Source of the DNA: Antedon mediterranea
Lineage: Eukaryota > Animalia > Echinodermata
Length of the DNA: 64,000 nucleotides
Assembly: GCF_964355755.1 (NCBI RefSeq)
Contig: NC_092670.1
Coordinates: forward strand, 23,732,795-23,796,794
Direction of reading: 5' to 3'
The notes under the pieces were generated by a model that worked only from the letters and a program-made list of their open reading frames with translations, did no database searches and was not told the origin of the DNA. This document shows, piece by piece, positions 1 through 14,300 of this stretch (its first letter is position 1; each line of letters begins with the position of its first letter). Made by a program: the position numbers and the translations under genes.

Positions 1-2396
1 ACCAGTTGTTGTAACATCTACTGTTGTAATATCATTTACTATTGTCAAATCTCTTGATGTAGTTGCATCTGCAGTTGTTGTAACACCTTCTGTTGTCGCA
101 TCATTTACGGCTGTAAACTCTATTGATGTTGTTATTTCTTCAGTAGTCACCAAACCAGTTGTCACCACACTAGTTTCTGTCATCGCACCAGTTGTTGTAA
201 CATCTACTGTTGTCGCATCATTTATTGTTGTCAATTCTCTTGAAGTTGTTGCATCTTCAGTTGTCACCATACCAGTTATTGTCACAACACCAGTTGTTAC
301 CGCACCAGTTGTTGTAACATCTACAGTTGTCACATCATTTACTGTTGTCAAATCTCTTGATGTTGTTGTATCTTCAGTTGTCAACGGACCAGTTGTTGTA
401 ACACCTTCTGTTGTCGCATCATTTACGGTTGTAAACTCTATTGATGTTGTTGTATCCCGAGTTGTCACCACACCAGTTGTTGTAACACCTTCTGTTGTAA
501 CATCATTTACGGTTGTCAACTCTATTGATGTTGTTGTATCTTCAGTTGTCAACGGACCAGTTGTTGTAACACCTTCTGTTGTCGCATCATTTACGGTTGT
601 AAACTCTATTGATGTTGTTATTTCTTCAGTTGTCACCGAACCAGTTGTCACCACACTAGTTGCTGTCATCGCACCAGTTGTTGTAACATCTACTGTTGTC
701 AAATCCCTTGATGTTGTTGCATCTTCAGTTTTCACCACATCAATTGTTGTCACCGCACCAGTTGTTTTAACAGCTAATGTTGTAACATCATTTATTGTTG
801 TCAAATCTCTTGATGTTGTTGTATCTTCAGTTGTTGTCACCACACCAGTTGTCATAGCAGCAGTTGTTGTAACATCTACTGTTGAGGCATTATTTACTGT
901 TGTCAAATCTCTTGAAGTTGTTGCATCTTTAGTTGTCACCATACCAGTTGTCACAACACCAGTTGTTACCGCACCAGTTGTTGTAACATAATTTATTGTT
1001 GTCAAATCTCTTGATGTTGTTGCACCTTCAGTTGTTGTCACCACACCAGTTGGCACTGCATCAGTTGTTGTTACATCAACTGTTGACGCATCATTTAGAG
1101 TTGTCAAATCTCTTGAAGTTGTTGTATCTTCAATTGTCACAACACCAGTTGTTACCGCACCAGTTGTTGTAACACCTTCTGTTTTAACATCATTTACGGT
1201 TGTCAACTCTATTGATGTTGTATCTTCAGTTGTCAACGGACCAGTTGTTTTAACACCTTCTTTTGTCGCATCATTTACGGTTGTAAACTCTATTGATGTT
1301 GTTGTATTCTGAATTGTCACCACACCAGTTGTTGTAACACCTTCTGTTGTAACATCATTTACGGTTGTCAACTCTATTGATGTTGTTGTATCTTCAGTTG
1401 TCACCGGACCAGTTGTTGTCACAACACCAGTTGTTACCGCACCAGTTGTTGCAACACCTTCTGTTGTAACCTCACTTACGGTTGTCAACTCTATTGATGT
1501 TGTTGTATCTTCAATTGTCACCGGACCAGTTGTTGTAACACCTTCTGTTGTCGCATCATTTACGGTTGTAAACTCTATTGATGTTGTTGTATCCTGAGTT
1601 GTCACCACACCAGTTGTTGTAACACCTTCTGTTGTAACATCATTTACGGTTGTCAACTCTATTGATGTTGTATCTTCAGTTGTCACCGGACCAGTTGTTG
1701 TCACAACACCAGTTGTTACCGCACCAGTTGTTGCAACACCTTCTGTTGTAACATCATTTACGGTTGTCAACTCTATTGATGCTGTTGTATCTTCAATTGT
1801 CACCGGACCAGTTGTTGTAACACCTTCTGTTGTCGCATCATTTACGGTTGTAAACTCTATTGATGTTGTTGTATCCTGAGTTGTCACCACACCAGTTGTT
1901 GTAACACCTTCTGTTGTAACATCATTTACGGTTGTCAACTCTATTGATGTTGTATCTGCAGTTGTTACCGCACCAGTTGTTGCAACACCTTCTGTTGTAA
2001 CATCATTTACGGTTGTCAAATCTATTGATGTTGTTGGTTCTTTAGTTGTCACCGAACCAGTTGTTGTCACCACACCAGTTGTTGTCATCGAACCAGTTGT
2101 TGTAACATCTACTGTTGTCGCATCATGTACTGTTGTCCAATCCCAGGATAATGTTGCACCTTCAGTTGTCACCGCACCAGTTGTTGCAACACCTTCTGTT
2201 GTAACATCATTTACTGTTGTCAAATCTCTTGATGTAGTTGCACCTTCAGTTGTCACCGCACCAGTTGTTGTAACATCTAATGTTGTAACATCATTTACTG
2301 TTGTCAAATCTCTTGATGTTGTTGCGTGTGCAGTTGTTGTCACAGCACCAGTTGTTGTAACATCTGCCCTTGTCACATCAACAGCGGTTGTTACAT
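1..2396 (-). CDS. Large Thr-rich, acidic mucin-repeat exon, truncated by the window edge
   Basis: Acceptor ...attgtag at 2397-2398. The reading frame at the two ends of the exon agrees. Degenerate ~28-aa unit, e.g. [28 protein letters not shown] or [16 protein letters not shown], with longer higher-order duplications around 1320-1960. Confidence 0.88.
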
Positions 2397-5300
2397 CTAC
2401 AATATAATTCAACTTGAATTACATATGAATATGCTCCCAATGGTACTAAGAATGTTTAGACATGTTAACGTTTGTGATATATATAGGTTTTATTATAGGT
2501 CATATTAGAAATAGAGTTCTCCGAAATTAAACAATCTTATGTGCTACAATTGTAAAACTTACGTTCACACGATGATGTGTCATTTGACCATTCATAGTTT
2601 TCATAGCAGTCGCATGTATAACCTCCATCAGTATTATTGCAAATATGGTCACAAGTGTCAGTGTTAAGTTCACATTCATTTATATCTATAATGAAAAAAC
2701 ATGTAATTAAATATAATTTTCGAAGCAAGAGTACATAAGCTTATGTGCCATTTTAACAGGACTTGACTTTTAGAAATATTGCTAAACACTACACTACACA
2801 GATACTACAATATTTTCTAATTCTGATACTTATAGTTAGATTTTAAAAATATTTCTTTATGTACACATCCAAGGATTGCAAAATGGTGAAAGTAACTGTT
2901 TCCACAAAGAGGTAGCAGTTGGTTTCTCAGAACAAACCCAAGATGCTCTACACAAATACATTTTTGAATGTCTGTGGAGTGAACTTGAACAAAAAAATCA
3001 TTTGAAAGCACTGACTTAAGTTAACCGAGACTTACCTAGACACTCGTCACCTGTAATGCTGTAGCCATTGAAGCATGGACATGTGAAACCACCATTGTTG
3101 TTAAGACACTCAGAGTTGTTTTTGCAGTTATGGGTACCATTGCTACATTCATTAATATCTATAAAAATAAAGACGTTTAAAGAATTTATGTAGAAAAAGT
3201 TTAAGACTCAAGAAGACTTAAGACTTTCTCATCAAGGTTTCCTACTATTCTAAATATTGCTTAGATACTCAAAATCAGTTTGTAAATGTCAGAAACTGCT
3301 TTCAGAAACCAACTCTTCACAGTGCAGTAGTTTCACCATTTTAAATATAGTAAAGATTTGTGTGTCATATATCCCAAGCCTTGCCTATATTCATCTAAAA
3401 CACTCACTAGTAACTTAAAAACAGTGAATAAAAACAAACCTAAACAGGTGACTCCATCTCCTGTGAAGCCACTTGGGCATGTACATTCGTAACTTCCAGG
3501 TGTGTTAGAACATGTAGACCGTGAGCCGCATTGGCTTCCAGTCTGGCATTCATCAACGTCCACACAAGTTGTACCGTTACCAAACCATCCATTAGAACAA
3601 GTGCATGTAAAAAATCCAAAAAAATTTGTACAATCAGCATTTTCATCGCAGTTATCCAGTGAAACATCACACTCGTCAATGTCTAAAGTGAGAAAATAAT
3701 AAAATGTACATCAATATTTATATGGTTTTTACATGGAATACCGTAGGTCAATACTATTATTGAAATATTAATATTAATTAGGAAGGACGAATACTGCGCA
3801 ACCTACCTTGACAAGAAGTACCATTGCCTTCATATCCATTGACACACTCACATATAAAGGAGCCTTCAGTGTTGGTGCAGTCGGCACTTACGTGACAAGG
3901 ATAATCAACCAATCCACATTCGTTGATATCTGTAAAAGATATACATACGGCTTTATAATAGTGCAGATATAGTGTGATTTCTTAATGTTAGTGGATTCAG
4001 ATGAGAGAACCTGCTGGTTGATTGAAACCCTTCTCCCTAAGCTAGAATTATTATTTGTAGCTGATATGTATGTAGTCATAAGATGTCTAGATAGCTTTGG
4101 ATTTTTCATGACTTTTTTTCTGCGCTCCTGAATCCATTTTAATGAATAAGGGGTATCCACATGATGAGTGGTTCTACTGTAATTTAGTGTGGAAGCGCTA
4201 CCTTGATGATGGACATGATATTACTAACCTGTGCATGTTTCTCCGTTTCCACTGAACCCGTCAAAACATGAACATGTATAAGTTCCATTTGTGTTTATAC
4301 ATGTTGCATTGGCACTACAGTCATCAAGCATTAAGGTACATTCATCAATATCTGAAAATGACAAAAAATTACCTACAAATTAGAGAGATGATTTAAACAA
4401 AACTATTGTTGAAATAAAGTCTTCTGTTTTGATTTTCAGATGTGAAAAATTATATCGACAAACATAACATGACTTACCATTACACGCACTACCATCAACA
4501 TCTAATTCATAACCATCGTAACAACTGCAGTTATAGGAAAACAATATGTTTGTACAATCTTGTTCGCAGCTTGCAATGCCCGCTTGACACTCATCGTAAT
4601 CTATAAAATCAAAAGACATGTACAGTCATTAGTTTGTAGTATAGAATTATGCTAAAATTGCACACGGAACTTGTATTAACGAAGTATTATATAATGGCAA
4701 ACAGAAAACAAAAGTACCTACCATAACACTTGTACCCAGACCCGATAAAACCATCGGGACAGTCTCCGCACGTTGCATTAGCAGAAGGTGCTTCCTCGTC
4801 TGTACAATCTACACCAGGATAACACGGTTCACCTACGCATGCATCAAAATCTTCGCTACAATTGTTTCCTGACCAAGCCGGTAAACAGTCGCATTCAGCA
4901 ATCTGAATATATATCAAAATGTTAGATTAGTATGTTTATACTAATAACTAATACAAACGTATACCATGCGATATATCAATTTCAACAACTTAAAACTATT
5001 TATTGTTTATAAAAACTTACGGCATATTGATTATTAAGAATGTCCGATCCATCAACGAAACTTTCAAAATCACAAACACCTCCATTCAGACATTGACACA
5101 GGACCACTTCTATAGGATAGGCAGTTGAAGCACCATTGTTATCCATAGCAACAAAAGACAGTCTGACGGAATCAGTATTTTCGGGTGTCCATGTGAAAAC
5201 GCCATCTACATTCAAAAGATATTCAATATTTAAACCAGGAAGTTGTTAAACATTATATTTTTACATTTAGAAACAATCAAAAGAATTTGTTGATATTTAA

Positions 5301-8300
5301 AATACAATCGAACATTGTATGACATTCTACTTGCCTTGATCAATGCTAGCTCTCGGCACGCTATCTTCTAGTCCAAAAGTGATGTCATCACCATTCGTGT
5401 CAATGGCATTGATTTGAAGGACATGCATTTCGCCTACCGTTACATAGAGCCTGTTCGAATCTACCAAAACGTCAGAGGGACTAATGGCTACCACACTAGT
5501 TATGTTTGGCGGGAAATTTGCTGTAAGAACATATAGTTTACATATAGATTAGGTAAATTGTGTTTTTGATGAATAAATTAAATTGTTACTTGCGAAGTAT
5601 TGTAAACTATTTTGTTCTTGAAACAACCAATGCAGATTCATCCAACTAGAGGAGTACGGTAACACACTACATTTTAGCACTTTTCAATTGGCCCTTAATG
5701 TAGAAACTTTGTGAAAAGGACATAATTGATTGACAAAATTCAGATTTGTTTTATCATTTGAAATTCTTTACAAAAATTAAACGTTACCCAATTCCCCAGC
5801 ATCCTCATTGTTGTTGTCATTGGTTTCTAAGGTATTGAGTCCAAACGACAGGTCACGTGTTGCTAGCGTATCAAACAAACACATCTGGCTGTCGCCACAC
5901 GCTTCTAACGCATCCGTGTATATTGTCGTGTTTTCGTATTTTTCTATTAGATCATCCAGGAACAACGGTCTGAAAGTTAGGTAATTGACTGTATCCCATG
6001 ATTCGTCTGCAGAGTATTCGAACAGACTTGATTCGTTTGTTGTACGCCCTGAAACATACATTTACGTTGTTAATGTTGATATTGTAAAATTTGTATAGCG
6101 CTTCTAACAATAAAAAGTCCCAAAAACTTAAAATAATAAAGATACGAGAAAAACAGATTGAAATTACAAATAACAAAAAGATGAGTTATTACTGTTTAAC
6201 CATCTACATTAATATTAATAACTTTAATAACTACTAAATAATCAGTATCTGTTCATCAATAAAATAAAAAAATGTGGATTTAAAAAGTTTCTTACATGTG
6301 ATACCAAAATCAAAAGCAGAACTCTCTGGTAATGAACCGTTAGTCGGTATTTCCAATACGGTGCCATTTGGAAAGGTCAGGTCATCACTGATGTCATCAT
6401 TCCAAACACCTGTAAAAGAGAATGAAAAACATACTCAAGATGAAAAAAAATATTTTGTCACTTAACAAAGTGTCCTCCTGCATAGTGTCGTGGTAAAACG
6501 ATAGAGCGCCTAAATTGGTAGAACCCAGAGTGTCATGAGCAATAACCGTTGAAATGGCGCTATACAAATGGATATTATCATTATCCCTCGCATTCGTGTT
6601 AATTAGGAATATCAACTGAATAGTGTGTCCCAAAAAGTGTTGCTGTACTTTATCTATTTGCATTTGGTATGTAAAAAAACATTAATATGTTGCATTATTA
6701 CTAACCATATAATCCTTTGGTTCGCTTCTTGTACTCCTCTGGTGCTGACAACACAACATCTAACACAGATGCAGTTAGGCCAACCGATATAGAAATTCCA
6801 GAGCCCCAGGTTGCCTGCACATGATACCCAGTGGAATTACTTTCTGGTAGAGATATTACTAATTCAGGATCTTCTGGTGGCATATACGGACCTAAAATAA
6901 CATTTTCAAAATTATTTCACATTTTCCCTGCATTATTGTTACTTAAAAATGTATCATCATATATCATATTTATTTGAATACTTTTCAGAATATTATTATA
7001 TACTATATAATACGAATGAATGAATTCATTTAATAAATATTGATTATAAACTTTACCTTCTTCGAGACTTGACTTATTTACATAAATACTTCCATTAATC
7101 AAAATTTCAAAGTCCGTTGCATTTGCGTTCAATGTCATTTGTACCTTAAAAATACAAAATGGTAATCAAATTGGTCACATCATTCAATAAAGAAAAATGT
7201 TTGCAACTTGATTTAAAAATGTAAAAAATCGTAACTGAACTTTAGCAGATCAAGATACACGTGTTGAATGCCTAATAGTCATTACGTCTGTAGGCCTACT
7301 TGACAGTATTTGGTTCTGATAAAATAATATGAGATGAAATAATGTGAGAAAAGTTGGGGGGGGGGGGGGGGTTCGGTACGTATTTGAGGAAATCAATCTT
7401 AACATATGTTTCCTATTGCTGTTAACCGATACCAAGTCGCTGTTTCATTAAACAAAATTGCATTCCTATCAGTGAAACATAAAAAGGGAACACTGAAGAG
7501 ATATAAGAGCTGTCAAAGACAACTATCGCCAAAGTTCGTGTCTCTCCAAAACAGATGTAACCGAATTAAAAACAAATCGGTTTTTACCTTTGATGCACCA
7601 TTTTCTTGTGCAGCAAATGCGGTAAATGCAGTTGCTTGAACAGCTTCATCATCGCTTTCTGGGATTTCCATTCTTCCTTGCAGCACAAAGAAACCGTCAT
7701 CAATCGTGGTTAACACAAACTCTCCCAGTCCATTGAAAGTGTACTCAAACTCATCCAACGTACGCATGTGAGGATCGCCAAACATCCAGCCTAAAATGTA
7801 TAAAGTTATCCTTTTTAACTAAACGACTTTCTTAAATAGTTTAAAACCACTTGCTTTCTGTTTTTGTTGACATACATAGAAATAATTTATGTTTCTTTTT
7901 ACTACCGTATCTTACCTAAAAAGGGAGGTTGGTAGTTTCTGCATGTGCCTCTTGGCCTCACTTGTGTATAAAGATTACAATAATAGGGATCGTTTGATTT
8001 CTCACAACAAGTATATCGTGGCATCAGATCTGAATCTATAAAGATAATAAAATGACATGTATTATTAGTGCTAACAAACAACTCAGAGGTATATTATTTT
8101 TCGGAAAGAAGAGTCATCACAAATCAAAAGTAATATGAAAAATGAAATTAAACTTACAAAACCAATAATAATAGGATGCGAAATTAAAGAATCTGCCTTC
8201 AACAAATTGATACCGTTGAACAAAGCTGCTAGCAAACACATCTTGTTCATAACCCTGAATCAGGGAGCCATCGTTGCGGTAACAACATCGCACCCCAGCT

Positions 8301-11300
8301 CCATAAAACGATGAGATTCGTGGTTGGACACAATAGGCACCTAAAGAAGCAATAGATAGTAATAGAAAAACGTGAAAGTACAAAAATAAAATAAAAAGTG
8401 ATAAACAGTATTATTAGGTAACAATACAATTAAAAAGACTGATTAATTAATTAATTAATTATCCTTATTTAGTTTTCTCTTTAAAGCATTATATCATTTT
8501 ACATTTATATTGATCTTGAAATCGTTCAATAATGTACGTACCATTAGCATCTTCAATTTCATTTATTATATCATCTGAAAATGTCTGGCCTCCTAAATTG
8601 TTTACACTGCTCAATCGTCCTGAATATCCACGGTGTGAGTATCCATATCTAAAGTCGAATAAGGCCTGGGAAAAACTACAGGGACACGAGCTTACACGAT
8701 TCAACCAGTATAAGTTTTCGTTTTCAGTACTTCGCCAGTCGGTACAATACTGCCGGTAGTTGATCGTCAGATCGTTGTTATCCTCTAGCCTATAGAACCA
8801 CTGACCTTCGAGGCCGGTGTTACCGATAATATCAGGGAAATATCTGGATTCCTCAGTAGGGAAGTATTTTTTATTTAGCTGTATGTTGTTGAACTCTGCG
8901 GTATTACCGGTGCCATAACCTATTACAAGATTCTTTGGTGATATAATGCTTGGATTCCACTGCATACCGTTGATCTCGTAATTGAAAATGACAAAACTGT
9001 AAATTCCATCTGTTATAAGGGCCGCTTGAAATGTTGACGTCTGAAATAAAATACGGAAGAACGGTTATTGGCTATGTAGGTTGTATTTTTTTTACTGTGG
9101 TTAGATTTTTTTTAATTTTAAAAAGCTTAAAATTATCTACAACAGAAAAGTGATTTCATCAAAATAGAATATAATTATATATGTATAACTAGAAATGTAA
9201 ATAAATACATCAAAGTCTACACAAGCAAACTTTACTAAACTTTTGATTGCAAAATCCTGAATTTTCGACTGTTTGGAGATGTTTTGGTGGCTGCGCGCCC
9301 CTGACACTGGACAAAACTAGGAAAACTATTTTAGCGGTTTGTTAAAGTTTTAACAACACTTCTTGTCAAACTTATTTTTTCAAAGTAAAGTTTGTATACT
9401 AGGCTGAACTTCATCAGCTCATGCAACGAACCTTATCTCTATTACTTTCAACTGGATATTGTGGAACTTTATCCCAAGTAACCAAAAGCAACCATTTAGC
9501 TTCAAAGTAATGATCATTTGGAAGACCATTGTTTTCTAAAAATGTCCTTGTACGATTTGATGCCAAAATGAGCATTTCAGACCCTGTAGTATCATATACC
9601 TGTAAAAATAAAGGGAAAACATATTCATCAACAAACACAAAATCTGACACTTAATTTGTATATTTGTTGAACTGATGATTTTTTACAGCTTTTACATTTA
9701 TTGTGTTTAATATATGAACATTTTACTAAAAATGTTAATTGCATACCTGGTAGTATACATTGCCAACTGCTTTATCAGAAAGATCTGCGTCCGCCCAAAA
9801 TGGTGTGATTATTTTTCGTCCAAAATCTTCATTAAAGCCGCCAGTCGGAGGGTTTGAATATCCAAATTTGAGATCATTTTCTTTAGCTAGAACGATGACT
9901 CCGTTCTCTGTAAACTATATTGAATATTGAAAGAAAAACAGTATATTGACATGATGACTTTATCAATTAGAGTACAGACAATGATGTTTAGTATTACAGT
10001 ATAAGCACTCAAATCAAGCGAAACATATTTTGGCAAGGTACCACTAAAATGTTTAATTATAAAAAGCTACTGTAATAACTTACGTATATGCAATAAAAGA
10101 ATTCACCAAAGAATGGAAAGCCATTAGTTGTTTTTATGGTTGGTGAGATGAGCTCTGATCCACTAGCTGAAACATCTCTTATACTGGTATCTCCGTTGTT
10201 TGCTCCCCAGGGAAAGAAAAATTTAACTATAAAGAACAGGGTCAGAAATAAATAAACAATTTAAAAATTATTTAGTATTGGTATCAAGTTTTTTGTTTGT
10301 ATTTAACCTTTAGTTCGGCTAATAGGCACTGGACTCACTGAATGTCAGTATTAGTATTATAATGTCAATGTTAGTATATTTCAGATCAGTTCAGGAGTGG
10401 CTGTGTATTGTACTTAAGTAAATAAATGTTTAACTATATTCGTCAAGTACATTTATACACATTTTTATTGATTATTTCTGAATACCGTGCCAAAAATCGA
10501 TCTTATGAGATATGGAAATAAATCATCAACTCATTACTGACCTTGGCATGAGAATCCATCGCCATAAAAACCATCTGCACATGCGCATGTGTAACTTCCA
10601 ATTGTGTTGTTGCAAGTCGATCCAGTCTCTGCACAAGGACTTGCCAGGCATTCATTTATATCTGAAATATATATGTACAATTATTTAGAAAATGTGCTTT
10701 CAACATTTAATGGAAAACAGTTTATTATATCAGTAGTGACAGCTAATTTTCCAAAAGAAAGGACGAAGGTATAAATACAACCCTAATATGAATTGTGTAC
10801 ACTTTCTTTGCTTGTGCAGATACTGTGTATAAATTATGGTCTACCATTACCATCACGAAACGAAGTCTTGCTTATGTTTTTCAGTCCAGTTTCAATGTGA
10901 ACATGTTTAAAGTATTCAGATACGGACTACAAAAAAGAACTATACATGTAATGAGGAAATTCATCCTTGTTCAATGGATAACAAAAACAATCTGGAATCT
11001 GTATCAAATCCATGACCGAATACAATATGGAGAATATCAATGAATGACAGGGAGAAATTTAACCACATAAGAATTTAACCAAAGTAAAAGGAATTACCGT
11101 TACAAACGAATGTTTCCAAGGTGTAGCCCTTTGGGCATGTGCAAGTGTATCCACCTTTAGTGTTCTGACATTCAGCAATAGCATCACATTCATCAGTACC
11201 TCTTGCGCACTCATCAATATCTGAAAAATACACATTGCGGTGAGTACAAGATTCATCTTTTATTCGAAGAATGATATGGCTAACGTTGGATAAACATTTA

Positions 11301-14300
11301 CACATTTAGATTTAAATTTTATTGAAGATTGTAATTTATGAATATAACTTATATGCAGGTAAATTCTGTCAAGGCTTTGATTCCTTCCAAGTATGAGAAT
11401 ATGGTTGCCCTACCTTGGCAACCTCTTGGAATATTTCCAATATACATTCCATCAATACATGTAACTTCGGAAGAAAATGTTCTTGGCATTAACTCAAATC
11501 CCTTTCTTTCACATGTGAACTCCACAACAGTGGAATGCATGAACGTTCCACTAAGAACAACACCATCAATTTCTGGGATGTCACAGTTGGCTGAAAGTAA
11601 AAATGATTATATGGTCAGTTTTCTGAATTATCATATGATTAAGCTTTGCGCTTCTAAATCCAGTGAGATCTACTATGAATATCATCACTGATGCTGAAAT
11701 ACAAAATCATAGCAATGGATGAATATTTCTGTACATATGCCTTTGTTAGTACAGTTGTGAGAGCCATAATCATAATTATTCAGAAATTATTTGATTTATT
11801 TTCTCATAATATAACCTACCATAGCATTCAGGGAAGGCAAATGTTCCATTTGTGCATGCGCTAGAATTGGAGCCAACCAAAGAATATCCGTTGGAACAGG
11901 TAAATTTTATAAATTCACCAGGTTCATAATTGCACTTGTCTATCTGTAAAATTACTTTATCAGGCGTATCCATTGAACTGATCGTACACAATTCTGAAAA
12001 ATGTAAACACTTTGATTAGGAAGAGGCATTTAGACGGCTGAATAAAGCAGCACTGCAAACAATGTATTTACAGTTAGAATTTTCTTTTATTCTTTGTTTT
12101 GTTTCATCATATATTCATTCACGGCAGCCATAGTGCAGCTAGTGCGGCCTATCCGAGAAGACTTGTCCTACCACCAACAATCAAGGAGAACATGTGTTGA
12201 TGTTATGGCTTTATTTACAACGCCTCTGCCTTAACGAATCGGCAACTCGACTCGACTTAAAGTCACTCATGTTCGACCCACATTGAAAAAAATAGGTCTA
12301 GATCCCGAGATTCTGAAAAACTACAGACCTATCTCGAATCTTAGTTTTTTAGGAAAAATAATTGAGAAGGTTGTTTCTAAACGGAAATTGTCGCATGTAC
12401 AAAACCATAGTCTACTTGATCCGTATCAATCTGCCTACAAAGTGCATCATAGTACTGAAACTGCATTACTTCGTGTAAATAACGATATCCTACGTGCAAT
12501 GGATGATGAAAAGCTAACTGCTCTAGTATTATTAGACTTAAGTGCAGCATTTGATACGGTTGACCATTCCGTGTTGTTAAATAGACTCAGTACGTGTATT
12601 GGTATTGAAGGAAAAGCACTTGATTGGTGTCGGTCATATTTGGAAAAAAGGCCTCAACACGTATGTATTGGTGATGCTATCTCAAAAGCTTCTTTTTTTA
12701 AACTTTTCGGTACCACAAGGATCTGTTCTTGGGCCGCAATGGTTCACAATTTATTTACACCCAATACGGGGTATCATTAGTAAATATGATCTGTACTATC
12801 ATGTTTACGCTGATGATACTCAGATTTATATTTCTTTTAAACCTACAATGACACACATTGACATTTCCTTGCAACTGCTCCAACATTGTATCCATGAATT
12901 GCGTGTCTGGATGAAAAGCAACTTTCTTAAATTAAATGATGAAAAAACAGAATATATTCTCTTTGGATAAAAGCTGCAGTTGGAAAAACTGCCACCAAGT
13001 TTTATTTACATTGGTGAAACCCAAATAGACCCGGCTAGGCAGGTTAGAAATCTAGGGGTTGAAATGGATGCGGGTATGACTATGATTTCTCATATCTCAA
13101 AAACTATTTCTACGTCGTCTTTTCACTTACGAAACATCCGAAGGATTCGAAAGTTTATTAATGAGGCAGCAGCTAAACAACTTGTTCATGCTTTTGTCAC
13201 TTCACGACTGGATATGGGAAACTCATTGCTATATGGGCTACCACAAAAACAACTCCACAGGCTTCAGCTGATTCAAGATACAGCGGCGCGAGTTGATAAA
13301 AAACTACCAAGATATGCACACATATCAAATACATTGGAAACTTTGCATTGGCTTCCTGTTAGGTACCGCATTGTTTTTAAAATATTACTCTTTGTTTTTA
13401 AGTCTATTAATGGCATGGCTCCTGAATATATATATTATCTGCGTTCTAGTGATACGCTGCTTCTACATCAACCTAAGTCTCACCACTCATGGGGAGACAG
13501 AGCTTTCACCGTTACTGCTCCTCGTCTATGGAATGCTCTACCGAGCTCTATCAGTTTTTGCTAAACTGTTGATACTTTTAAAAAATTATTAAAAACACAT
13601 TTATTCATTAAGGCATATGGAAATCATGAGGTTTCTTAAAGTTCTAGAATTGTATAGTATACTTTTTCCTGACCAGCATTATCTTTGGGGTGCCTCTGTC
13701 TTGGTTGTTGTCTCTGAGCACCCGGTCGTCTGTGGCAAGGCAAATGTGTATCCTGTTCCTTTGTTTGGTCACCTAGGTAGGGGTCCGGGACCGCGACAGA
13801 ACGAGAACGGATGGGGACCCTCCAAAGAAATTGCATTTTATTTGTTAGGCATTTGTATGATTTGTTTTTAATTTTTTGAATGCGCCTTGAGCACTCTTGA
13901 GTGGTATGTGCGCTATAAAAATCCTGTTATTATTATTATTATTATTATATTAGGAATGTGTAGGAAGTGAGATGTTAAGAGGTTGGATTTTTTGGCCTCC
14001 TCTAGAGTAGTTCCACATAAATACGTACCAGAACATAATGTTGGATCTTCATCAGCATTGTCTAAACAGTCATTTGGATAATTATCGCATACAAAGCATT
14101 CATTAATACAAAAACTATTTGGACATCGGAATTCATCTGGTAAACAAGCTCCTATAAAGAAAAATAACTGAATTTATTAAAATTTCGCATATAACTTTAA
14201 CGTCAACATGGTATTTGGTAACATTGTTGTTATATTCAAACCAACGATAACCGGCACTTTACAATATTATACATTTTAACGAGGTTTTCGGAAGGATGTG

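Noticed and set aside
8503-8541. Alternative phase-1 donor at 8501-8502 extending the NIDO/AMOP exon by 13 codons
   Set aside because: The donor G|GTACGT at 8540-8541 is closer to consensus and gives the plausible junction EDANG-AYCVQ. This cannot be fully excluded without cDNA.
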